Shown in pieces: positions 12,556 through 23,300 of a DNA stretch of 64,000 bases (its first letter is position 1; the number at the start of each line of letters is the position of its first letter). A program made the position numbers and the translations under genes. The notes beneath the pieces are model-generated. The model worked only from the letters and a program-made list of their open reading frames with translations. It was not told the DNA's origin and searched no databases. The stretch lies in NCBI GenBank assembly GCA_964019425.1, contig OZ025799.1, positions 124,001-188,000 of the forward strand, written 5' to 3'. The DNA is from Flectonema sp. DT1601. Its lineage: Eukaryota.

Positions 12556-15500
12556 TTACTGCGGTGTTGGTGATTGATGCACTTTTCCACTTCTCCTCAC
12601 CGATGGGAAAGTAGCAGCCGTCAGAATAGCTGCACAGTGCAGAAGTAGCACAGCACCAATCAAAAGAAATGTTCCAGCCTTTGTAAAGCTGTCGAGGTAA
12701 ATAAAACCCAATGGTGATATACGAGAAGCAGGGATACAATTGTTAAAGACTGATGCGACAGCAGATTTGATTAATTTATCAATCTCTGAATCGATGACGA
12801 CAATTGAAAGAGCGAGGGAGTCCATCATTGAAAACGCATGAACCCATTTCATAAGACCACAAGCCATTTCTGATGTTGCAGGAGGGAGTATAGCTGTTGC
12901 GATTGTTAGAAGTGGTAACAATATTGGGATTGCCACACAAAAGATTATCATCACTAATCCAATGAAAGTACGCTGGTCTCCCTCTGTAATCAAATCAACA
13001 CACATGTCTAATACTGACTTCTCGACGTCTAGGTTTTCTAGAGTCACATCAGCAACACTTCCTTCAATCTCCCACTTGAATGCTGGTAGTGCAGCACCAG
13101 CCACAAGTAGTCCTAACCCAGCTAATGAACATACGATAATAATAATAGTACTCATACCATTAGTTCCATTATACTCTTGAGGAGTCACACTAGTAACGTA
13201 TTCATTCCAACGAGAGCTCATCCAGGCACCCCAAATAACAGTTAGAATCGTACCAACAAATAGAAGATAATCCGCAGAATCTGGTAACACATACAACTTG
13301 AAGTAAACAGCCGTAGCGCTAACACCACTACCTGGAGTCCATACGATCCCAATAGTGGCGAGGATGCCAGCATTTTCGGCATTTTGGAATGATGAGCATT
13401 TGTTGCACAGTACAGGGCAGAGCATCCATCCTTTAATACCAGCACCAACATCAGTAAAATCTTGATCACAGAAAGCATTTCCACGGGAGACCTGTAACTG
13501 TGGACATCCTCCTGTTGGAGTCAATCCCTTTTGATCATCAACACAAACTGGAGGCTGCAATGCCGGAGGTGCTGGTGCATTTGCTAAGTGAGCAAAACCT
13601 CCTCTCGCACTTGCGACGTACCACTCGTCGCACTTACTACAAGTCTCAGGACAAACCATCCAACCAGTTGTGTTACTTCCAGGGATGTGCGAGTAAATTT
13701 GTCCAACTTGTGAAGAGCACAGGCTCGTCAGATCAGAACATTTCTCAGTTACAGTCAGCAGAGAAAACTGATCATCCTTACACAGCGGTGGTTGAATAAA
13801 GCCAGCTAATGCAGTTAGTTGTCCACTTTGAATAGCACCCTGCCAGTTATTACATTGATCAGAGCAGGTTACGGGACAGAGGTGCCACACGTACAGATCC
13901 TTGCCTTTTCTAATGTCGTCAGGAAGTAGCTCCGCACACTTCGATGAATAAGCTGCACAAGTTTGTCCAACTGCTTCTAAGTTACCTCCCAAGTCATCTG
14001 TGCACTCAACTGTCTTGGAGGCAGGTGATGCTGTTGGCGGATGTGTCTTTCCCAAGTGACTCAACTGTCCAGCATTGTATGCGGTCGTGTACCGTTCGCA
14101 TGAATTGCAGGCAAACGGGCAAATCATCCATCCCAGTGCCCCCGCAGGCAGTTCTCTAATAAGTGCGCTCATGTCGTCTTCACATATTCCAGCTGTTATA
14201 AGCCTTCCACAATTACCGTAGGACACTATCAACGTTTCGTCATCAATGCATTCGACAGGTGCAAATGTTGCTTCCGCTGGTTGAGGCGTATCAGCAACTT
14301 GAGGAGGTTCCGTATACGTAAGTCCGATGAATGCGAGATTACCTCCCACTAAAGCTTCAACGTAAGCGTCACATCTGTTACAAGTTACAGGACAAAGCAT
14401 CCATCCGAAAAGTCCGGCTGGGGAAGCAGGGTTCAAGGTGTTGAGATCGATATCGCATGTCGCTTGGAGAACAGCGCATCCTCCTGAGGATGCCGCGAGA
14501 CCCAATATATCATCTAAACAGACAGCTGGAGTTGGAGTAGTTGCTCCACCCTGAGGTTGAGGAGTACCTTGCGGTGGTGTGGGTGTGGAAGCCGGAGGTG
14601 TGGGTGTGGAAGCCGGAGGTGTTGGAGTTGCAGCCGGAGGTGTTGGTGTTGCAACTGCAGGTGTTGGGGTTGAGCCACTTCCAGGCGCAAGTGTCAAACC
14701 AACAAATGCGAGCTCGCCTGCAGCATACGCCGCCTTGAATTCATCACATTTCATACAAGTAACTGGACAGAACATCCATCCAAAACCACCCATTGGGACA
14801 GCATCAGAAACTGTAGACATATCAACCTCACAGAATGTACCGACCAGGGCGCACGAGAATCCTTGAGCTGCTACCAATCCGGTGATGTCGTCAACGCAGT
14901 CGATTTGGCCTCCAGGTGTAGTACCAGCAGGTTGTGGAGTTGCTACAGGAGGCTCTGGTGTTGCTGCAGGAGGTTGAGGAGTGGCTGCAGGAGGTTCAGG
15001 AGTCGCTGCAGGAGGTTCAGGAGTGGCTGCAGGAGGTTCAGGAGTTGGCGGGTCTGTTGGTGCTGGTGGTTCAGGGGTTGCGGCTGCTGCTGCAGGTTGA
15101 ACTCCGATAAACACGAGATCTCCAGCATCTGCAGCAGTTACGAACTCGGTACATTTCATGCACGTTTCCGGGCAGAACATCCATCCCAAACCACCCATCG
15201 GTACAGCGTCACTGATAGTAGACATGTCGATATCACAAAATGAACCAACTAAAGCACATGAGAACCCGTTAGCAGCAACTAGTCCAGTTATATCATCTGT
15301 ACACACCGTAGCGAGAGTTTGTACATCGCGGTTAGTGATAGCCAGCTCCGATGAAAGGAGTTGTGCGCTTCTTGAGTTGGTTCTCGTCGACTGATTGAAA
15401 TCACCGTCAACTTTAATATTAATACCGGCCATTATAATTCCGAGAATAAGTAATTCAACCATCGCAAAGTGGCCCAGCAAATTAGAGGCAGTGAGGAGGG

Positions 15501-15927
15501 CTGAACGCAGGCCTCTTCCCATGGGGACGAACCAACAGGCAATCTGAATGATGCACTTCAGAAATGGCCAAACCATACACCAGAATACAATCCAGATTAC
15601 AGTCGTGTGAAGACCTTCATCCCAAAAGAAGTTTGTGAACTCTTCCATCGTGAAGGATATGATTGTTCCATTGAGCTTGTTAATGCTGCAGTTCTGCTGT
15701 GTTGCTGCTGCCAGTGAGAGTGAGTAACCAGTTTTCGTTTCAATGGTACCTGCAGCTGTTGCATCAGCTGCAATGAACATACTAATTGTCGCTAAGAACA
15801 TTATGACGACAACTAATGTTCCTGTCTGTCCTTCAATCCTCGACATTGGCACTGAGTCATCCTCAACATGTCTCGTCTCACCCGGGGAACCGGGAGATTC
15901 AGGAACTTGGTATGCGGACCCTGTCAT
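12556..15927 (-). CDS. PqiA (paraquat-inducible A)-like polytopic membrane protein with seven ShK-like Cys modules and Pro/Thr linkers
   Basis: 1123-aa intronless ORF. Two hydrophobic blocks resemble eukaryotic PqiA-like repeats (WPFLK...LLGHFAMVELLIL; IFCVAIP...WVHAFSMMDSLAL). Seven CxDD...C...C...CPxxCxxC modules lie between them. Confidence 0.8.
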   Translation of the reverse strand: MTGSAYQVPESPGSPGETRHVEDDSVPMSRIEGQTGTLVVVIMFLATISMFIAADATAAGTIETKTGYSLSLAAATQQNCSINKLNGTIISFTMEEFTNFFWDEGLHTTVIWIVFWCMVWPFLKCIIQIACWFVPMGRGLRSALLTASNLLGHFAMVELLILGIIMAGINIKVDGDFNQSTRTNSRSAQLLSSELAITNRDVQTLATVCTDDITGLVAANGFSCALVGSFCDIDMSTISDAVPMGGLGWMFCPETCMKCTEFVTAADAGDLVFIGVQPAAAAATPEPPAPTDPPTPEPPAATPEPPAATPEPPAATPQPPAATPEPPVATPQPAGTTPGGQIDCVDDITGLVAAQGFSCALVGTFCEVDMSTVSDAVPMGGFGWMFCPVTCMKCDEFKAAYAAGELAFVGLTLAPGSGSTPTPAVATPTPPAATPTPPASTPTPPASTPTPPQGTPQPQGGATTPTPAVCLDDILGLAASSGGCAVLQATCDIDLNTLNPASPAGLFGWMLCPVTCNRCDAYVEALVGGNLAFIGLTYTEPPQVADTPQPAEATFAPVECIDDETLIVSYGNCGRLITAGICEDDMSALIRELPAGALGWMICPFACNSCERYTTAYNAGQLSHLGKTHPPTASPASKTVECTDDLGGNLEAVGQTCAAYSSKCAELLPDDIRKGKDLYVWHLCPVTCSDQCNNWQGAIQSGQLTALAGFIQPPLCKDDQFSLLTVTEKCSDLTSLCSSQVGQIYSHIPGSNTTGWMVCPETCSKCDEWYVASARGGFAHLANAPAPPALQPPVCVDDQKGLTPTGGCPQLQVSRGNAFCDQDFTDVGAGIKGWMLCPVLCNKCSSFQNAENAGILATIGIVWTPGSGVSATAVYFKLYVLPDSADYLLFVGTILTVIWGAWMSSRWNEYVTSVTPQEYNGTNGMSTIIIIVCSLAGLGLLVAGAALPAFKWEIEGSVADVTLENLDVEKSVLDMCVDLITEGDQRTFIGLVMIIFCVAIPILLPLLTIATAILPPATSEMACGLMKWVHAFSMMDSLALSIVVIDSEIDKLIKSAVASVFNNCIPASRISPLGFIYLDSFTKAGTFLLIGAVLLLHCAAILTAATFPSVRRSGKVHQSPTPQ

Positions 15928-16573
15928 TTTCTTATTTAACTTTTGTTCTGAAAAGAAATTATTTTATTAACAAAGCTTTGTTAACGACAACTACTTAAAA
16001 AGATCCATCCTCGTTTGTACAACACATGATTTAAGCTGGTTCTGCAAGGCAAAATTGCGTCCAGACAGCTAACATGATAAACTCGTTTAGTTTTTTCTTG
16101 ATTTGCCCTTACTCAGTACAGTATCAAAGAAATTTTTATTTTTAGTGACCTTCAAGTTAAGTCAGCAAAGGCTCAAATCTTTCTTTTCTTAAAAAAAATA
16201 AGATAACAATAAATAACAGATAACTGATACTTTTAGAAACAGATTAAAAAAAAAAAAAAAAAAAAACGAGTTGCCTGGCAAAACATTACTACTTTAGTTT
16301 TTATTCCCTTCTTTCCCTTATTCTCATTGAAACCAGGGAGACAGATGAAAAAGAAAGAAAAAAAAAAGTGTCGATTTAGGCTCGACTACCCTCTTGCTAT
16401 GAAATTGCAATACGAACAAATGTATAATCATAAAATAACTCTAACGTAAAATAAAATATTTTACATCTCATAGAATTCTATTAAGTGATCTCACTACACA
16501 AACCCGAGTTCAGTTGAGTTGATTAACAGGAGAAGGTAAACCTCCCACACCAGTTTCCATACGATGAAAAAAT

Positions 16574-16960
16574 CTACCGAAAAACATTTGACAACATGGT
16601 GAGAGTCGCTCCATGGGTAAGAGATGCGAAACAATAATTTTCGGGTTTTTGAGACTCCAAAACAACGGCACCACGTCTGTCATTTAAAGTGAATGGAGCA
16701 GAAGAAGTGTATACGACACCAAAGGAGTCGATAATCAAATCAATCAATTCCTCAGCAGTGTTATTAATATGTACAGAGAAGCTCTCTCTTCTGAAGGTTA
16801 CCAAGCCTGTTCCTGGTAATTGATATTCATACTCAATCATTATTACTCTCCTTGTAGTGTTATCACCAATACGTTTACCAGCACCTCTTCTATCAATCGC
16901 GTCTGTGACAGTCCCGGCAGACTGTTGATCGCTTACACAACAGAAGTTGCAAAGCTTCAT
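16574..16960 (-). CDS. Small hypothetical protein; Cys-rich N-terminus (possible acylation), possibly a beta-grasp-like C-terminal half
   Basis: 128-aa ATG ORF with coding-like composition, same strand as its neighbours, and a TTTTTTTAG acceptor 13 nt upstream. The fold guess is weak. Confidence 0.6.
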   Translation of the reverse strand: MKLCNFCCVSDQQSAGTVTDAIDRRGAGKRIGDNTTRRVIMIEYEYQLPGTGLVTFRRESFSVHINNTAEELIDLIIDSFGVVYTSSAPFTLNDRRGAVVLESQKPENYCFASLTHGATLTMLSNVFR

Positions 16961-17514
16961 CTTTATTTGAAATCTAAAAAAATGAATAAAAAATGATAAC
17001 TACAACATAGTAAAGGCAATCACTCTATGAAATCTAACCCACGACGAGAATCGTGTTGTAAACTGTGAGTTGATAGGAAGGCAATCAAATTTAAGTACTC
17101 AAAATAAAGTCTAGTATGGTGCTTCTAAAACATTAAATTTGATTCACCTGATTCTACACCACAAACGGTTCCGAAAAAAGCGCTCAAACTTTTTTTTAAA
17201 AATATTTCTTGTGTCAGGAACGACACAGCAGTCTGTGTGAGAAATTCTAATTACCATAAAAAAAACACACGTTTTCTTTTTGTTTCTTTTATACGAATTT
17301 GACGGTCTGTAGTAATAATTATAAAAAAAAATAAGCGGAGGGAAAAACTAAGAAATAAAAAAAAAAACAGGTGGAGACAACAGGAAGGAAAATATGGAAT
17401 CAGAGATTTTCCTTGGAACAACGCAGTGATCGCTAGCGATTAGTAGGAATAAATGACTAGAAAGAAAATTCCAATAATAGTTTCAACGGAAACTATTTGG
17501 GGTGAAAACCTCTT

Positions 17515-18668
17515 CTATCGTCGTCGTCTTCGGCCAACTACTTTTTTTTCAACAATCGGAATTATAGGATCGTTTGTACTTTGTGCATATCGTAACTCTC
17601 TCCATTTCGCAGCGATATCTGCCATGGTAATTAAATTGACCTCATGGTTAGTTGCTTCTGGGTTTTCACGGATGGCGATAACCTTATGATCGTGGAAAAC
17701 TTCTTTCACGTAATAAGCGTAGTCGTTTGGCCTCTAATTTTTATTAATTATTTAGCTTGCTAACAATGCATAAACGATATTTTACAAAAGGGAAAAAAAT
17801 AGCATACCATTTTTACTGAATTCTTATATATATCACGCCTCACACGATTTTCAATTGCAATTTTATTGTACGCATCCTTTTCCTCGGAAGGCATGTGCTG
17901 TGGGTTTTTTCCCTTTTTTTTTTCTTTTTTTTTTAAATCCCGGAAACAAAACATATGTTAGTATAGAGCTATTTTACTTTTCTTCTGTCAGCTGGATTCT
18001 TCTCGTGTATAAGAACACTATCAAGCTATCTAGACACACTACACCACACAATTTCTTTCCAAGAAAAACTTTCTTCTAATAGAAGTAACGAACATACCGA
18101 CCACTCAAAATCACCGAAAGTTGCAACATCCTTGCTAAGTTGATTAGATCTGAATAATTGATAACCATTGCAAAGTCCAAAGGTGCGTATTGTCGATTGT
18201 AATCCTGCATTACGAGTCGACCTCTTGAGAGCTTGTTGTCCCTCACGACGAGCATCAAGAAATTTTAATTTTTCTCTACGAAATCTAGCTAATGTTGATT
18301 GTTTTACATTGGTTTTGTTCTTCGTTTCTGAGAAAAATTTGGTAACAGCTTCAATACTGTCAAGTCCTTTTGTTGGAGGCTCTTCATAAACTCTAAATGC
18401 AAAGTCGTTGCAGTTTTCAGGCGGGGGCGGTACATATTTACCAACTTGGGTAAATATTCGACCGCGTTCAATTTGTTTTAAAGTCTTTTCAATATGTGCT
18501 AATTGCCGTACATCGTGTCGACGAATTCGTTCCTTTCTATTTTTTTTTAATTATTTATTAACAGCATTAATATCAAACAAAGGTTCGATTAAGAAAAAAA
18601 GAATAGAGAAAAAGTTAAACATACTTACTAGCCCATCTAGTCTGCCTAAATAATTGCTTGAGAATCAT
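17515..18668 (-). CDS. HMG-box-like DNA-binding protein with putative mitochondrial targeting leader (263 aa, 4 exons)
   Basis: Reconstructed by hand. Exons 18668-18625, 18536-18098, 17897-17808, 17733-17515; introns 18537-18624, 17898-18097 and 17734-17807 are all GTATG..YAG and in frame. Protein reads MILKQLFRQTRWASKKERIRR...NGYQLFRS...EWSHMPSEEKDAYNKIA...RPNDYAYYVKEVF...MADIAAKWRE...GRRRRR. Confidence 0.75.
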
Positions 18669-20359
18669 TTTTAATGATGTACAGGGTCTGAGATAACACA
18701 AAAAAAGTTAATATTAATGACGATCAGTTAATTAAGAAAATCAAATGCGTTGGACACATCAAACGAATAATGGTTTGTTTCGGGTTAGAATTAAAAATAA
18801 TATTTTCTTAGAATAATCCATCCAACCTTCCTCGACTATGTTTGACCGAACGTTAACAAATATAAAAGACTACTGCACGCACACAAACCTCTGTGTGTTG
18901 TGTTACATTAGCCTTGGCTTTCATTATTGCATATTTATACAAAAGAAAAAAAAGATTTATTCAAAAAAAAACTAAAACAAGATAACTTTGCGCAACAAAC
19001 TAGTTGGTTTCGGGCTAAGATTAAAAACAATCTTTCTTAGGGCCATTCCCCTTACCCTTCAGCAAAGAAAGCAAGGGGGACACTGCAGTGTCAGGCCTGT
19101 CCTACTCATCGCATTTGCATGAGGCTGTAGAAAGAATGAAGTTAGTTAGTGTGAGTTTATTGTAAACAAAATGAACAACATGATAAAACATTAAATTCCT
19201 TGCTCTGGTTATCTCCAGAGTTAGAAAAGATTTTTTTCCCCCCGGACACCTAAAACAATAACCTCCAATCAAGGATATGCTTCTGCGTGTAATAGGGTAA
19301 GGAAACGGGAAAAGAAAGGGAGAGGGAAAAGAAAGGCGGGAGGAACTATTTGGTTGCCTTTTGACATTTGAAAACCAATCCAACAGTTAGATGGTATTAA
19401 TATCAAATCAAAAACATCATCTAAGTAATAGAATACGTAGTTTTCAGGAATAAATCGTATGCGTTGGGCAACATGATAACTATACCAATCTGTAAGGAAC
19501 AGAATCAAAAGAAACTTCAAATGAGACATCAGTTTTGGTCTCAGCTACTCGGACCAAGGTCTTGTGAAAGAAAGAATTTGCGCGTGTTTTGAAATTTGCA
19601 AAAAAAAAAACCAACATTACCTTTTCTCACCTTCATCTTGATAATTACTAATGAAGTCTTTTTGAGCTACGAGAGGTCCGGAAGTCAACTTCCGGACTAT
19701 ATCCCAAATTCTTTTAACTATTGTCTTCTTACTGTTTCTGATAGAAGCATCTTCTGTCCATCTTGCCCTGTATGTTTATCTTCAGAGCTAGAACAGAAAA
19801 ATCTTTTATATTTAATATTTTATAATTTTATATTCCTTAGTGTTTCTTCCGACGCGTGAAAACAAACTCCGATTCAAGGACGTTGTTTCTAAGACGTTGG
19901 AGGAGGAGGTAAAAGAAAACGAAGGGAGGAATAACTTTTTTGCGTGTATTGAAGTAATTTATGTTAAAAAAAATTGAAAGATAGAAAGATGAAAGAGGGA
20001 GGAAGAATGATGAATTGTCAAAATACAAAATACATTTTGATCACTAAATCTGCACAACTAATACACAGAGAGCTAAAACGAGTGAAAACTGAAACCAGCA
20101 GGTGCTTCTGTTTGTTAACAACAAGAACACTTCTAAAACTTCACTCCATCCAGAATCGTGAGTCGGCTCATTAATGAATTCAAATGGTAGTAAATAGAAA
20201 TTGAAAATAATTAAAAGAACAGGAAATGCACAATATAATACACCACAACATTTTATCTTCGTTAATTCGTAAACACGCTGACTTGAAAAACGACTCGGCA
20301 ATACTACACCACAGCCAATAATTCAATATAGGCGTTTCAGGACAGCTTTCGTTTTATGT

Positions 20360-23300
20360 CTACGTTTCGTAATCAGGCTCACAGTGTTTAGTTTCGTTGT
20401 TTTCCGCAATTGAAATCACTGCTTCTTTGGTAACCGCGACGTAGATTTTCCCAACAATATAAATAACACCCATAGTGACCAATCCAACAATCAGAACAAT
20501 CTGAACATCATTCGAGTCATTTGGGAATAGGCGTTTAATATTTTCAACTCCGCTCGCCATTTGAGCGATAGCAATTATCACAACTGAAATACCAAACAGA
20601 ACGTGTCCCCATCCCCAGTACTTTCTGTATTGAGATTCCCTGCCTGGCCTGACAAGACCACTCAGTACTTGAATCCACCCAATTACTAATAAAGTAATTC
20701 CAAGTTCTCTATGTCCATAGTCCACTCTGTTATTAAAGTCTGACAAGGCAAAAGAAGCGAAAACAGTAGTAAAACACATCGCCATAACCATCATGAACAT
20801 GTGGATTAATACCGGTATTGGATACCCAAACACTTCTCTCTTACACACCAAAGCCCCAAGAACCTTAATAATAACTGACAAAGGAACCCAGTATGCCCAA
20901 ACCGCCACCATAATTCTACCGTGAGTGTGAGCATCGATAAAGCCATCGTTAACGACAACAACTTGTGGGATGTCAGTAACAACAACAACAACAGCAGCAC
21001 TTCCTTCAACGTATCCAATAACTGCATTGTTTGACAAGACATTCTTTAAAGAACTATCGATAGCTTCTTTTGTGATGCTTCCATTTTCATTATTAATTAT
21101 AATCAAAATCACTTTCCAATTTCCTCTCACCAGTGTAGTAACAGATCTTTGAGTAACAGCAGTGCCATCACATTTCAAACAATTTCTTCCCTGACACAAC
21201 ATATCGCAACGAGCATTTCCACCTAATGATGAAGAAGCGGCAGCTACCAACGTGTCTATCTGAGTTACCAGATCACTCAACTCTGCTACAACTTCAAAAT
21301 TAATGCTGTTTTCAGCAGGACGCGTAACTTTAGGCTCAGGTGGTGGCGTAACTACAGGCTCAGTTGGTGGTGAAACTTCCGGCTCAGTTGGAGGTGAAAC
21401 CACAGGCTCAGTTGGAGGTGAAACTACCGGCTCAGTTGGAGGTGAAACCACAGGCTCAGTTGGAGGTGAAACTACAGGCTCAGTTGGTGGTGAAACTACA
21501 GGCTCAGTTGGAGGTGAAACCACAGGCTCAGTTGGCGGTGACACTACAGGCTCAGTTGGTGGTGAAACCACAGGCTCAGTCGGAGGTGAAACCACAGGCT
21601 CAGTTGGAGGTGAAACTTCCGGCTCAGTTGGAGGTGAAACTACCGGCTCAGTTGGAGGTGAAACCACAGGCTCAGTTGGAGGTGAAACTACAGGCTCAGT
21701 TGGTGGTGAAACTACAGGCTCAGTTGGAGGTGAAACCACAGGCTCAGTTGGCGGTGACACTACAGGCTCAGTTGGTGGTGAAACCACAGGCTCAGTCGGA
21801 GGTGAAACCACAGGCTCAGTTGGAGGTGACACTACAGGCTCAGTTGGAGGTGAAACTACCGGCTCAGTTGGAGGTGAAACCACAGGCTCAGTTGGAGGTG
21901 AAACTTCCGGCTCAGTTGGAGGTGAAACTACCGGCTCAGTTGGAGGTGAAACCACAGGCTCAGTTGGAGGTGAAACCACAGGCTCAGTTGGAGGTGAAAC
22001 TACAGGCTCAGTTGGTGGTGAAACTACAGGCTCAGTTGGAGGTGAAACCACAGGCTCAGTTGGCGGTGACACTACAGGCTCAGTTGGTGGTGAAACCACA
22101 GGCTCAGTCGGAGGTGAAACCACAGGCTCAGTTGGAGGTGACACTACAGGCTCAGTTGGAGGTGAAACTACAGGCTCAGTTGGTGGTGAAACCACAGGCT
22201 CAGTTGGCGGTGACACTACAGGCTCAGTTGGTGGTGAAACCACAGGCTCAGTTGGAGGTGAAACTTCCGGCTCAGTTGGAGGTGAAACTACCGGCTCAGT
22301 TGGAGGTGAAACCACAGGCTCAGTTGGAGGTGAAACTACAGGCTCAGTTGGAGGTGAAACTACAGGCTCAGTTGGAGGTGAAACCACAGGCTCAGTTGGC
22401 GGTGACACTACAGGCTCAGTTGGTGGTGAAACCACAGGCTCAGTTGGAGGTGACACTACAGGCTCAGTTGGAGGTGAAACTACAGGCTCAGTTGGTGGTG
22501 AAACCACAGGCTCAGTTGGCGGTGACACTACAGGCTCAGTTGGTGGTGAAACCACAGGCTCAGTTGGAGGTGAAACTTCCGGCTCAGTTGGAGGTGAAAC
22601 TACCGGCTCAGTTGGAGGTGAAACCACAGGCTCAGTTGGAGGTGAAACTACAGGCTCAGTTGGAGGTGAAACTACAGGCTCAGTTGGAGGTGAAACCACA
22701 GGCTCAGTTGGCGGTGACACTACAGGCTCAGTTGGTGGTGAAACCACAGGCTCAGTCGGAGGTGAAACCACAGGCTCAGTTGGAGGTGAAACTTCCGGCT
22801 CAGTTGGAGGTGAAACTACCGGCTCAGTTGGAGGTGAAACCACAGGCTCAGTTGGAGGTGAAACTACAGGCTCAGTTGGAGGTGAAACTACCGGCTCAGT
22901 TGGTGGTGAAACCACAGGCTCAGTTGGCGGTGACACTACAGGCTCAGTTGGTGGTGAAACCACAGGCTCAGTTGGCGGTGACACTACAGGCTCAGTTGGA
23001 GGTGAAACCACAGGCTCAGTTGGAGGTGAAACTACAGGCTCAGTTGGTGGTGAAACTACAGGCTCAGTTGGAGGTGAAACCACAGGCTCAGTTGGCGGTG
23101 ACACTACAGGTTCAGTTGGTGGTGAAACCACAGGCTCAGTCGGAGGTGAAACCACAGGCTCAGTTGGAGGTGACACTACAGGCTCAGTTGGAGGTGAAAC
23201 TACAGGCTCAGTTGGTGGTGAAACCACAGGCTCAGTTGGCGGTGACACTACAGGCTCAGTTGGTGGTGAAACCACAGGCTCAGTTGGCGGTGACACTACA

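Noticed and set aside
19269..19529. 86-aa minus-strand ORF kept in both duplicate copies (3-bp indel)
   Set aside because: No recognisable motif, AT-rich UTR-like context, and the copies are too young for conservation to be meaningful.
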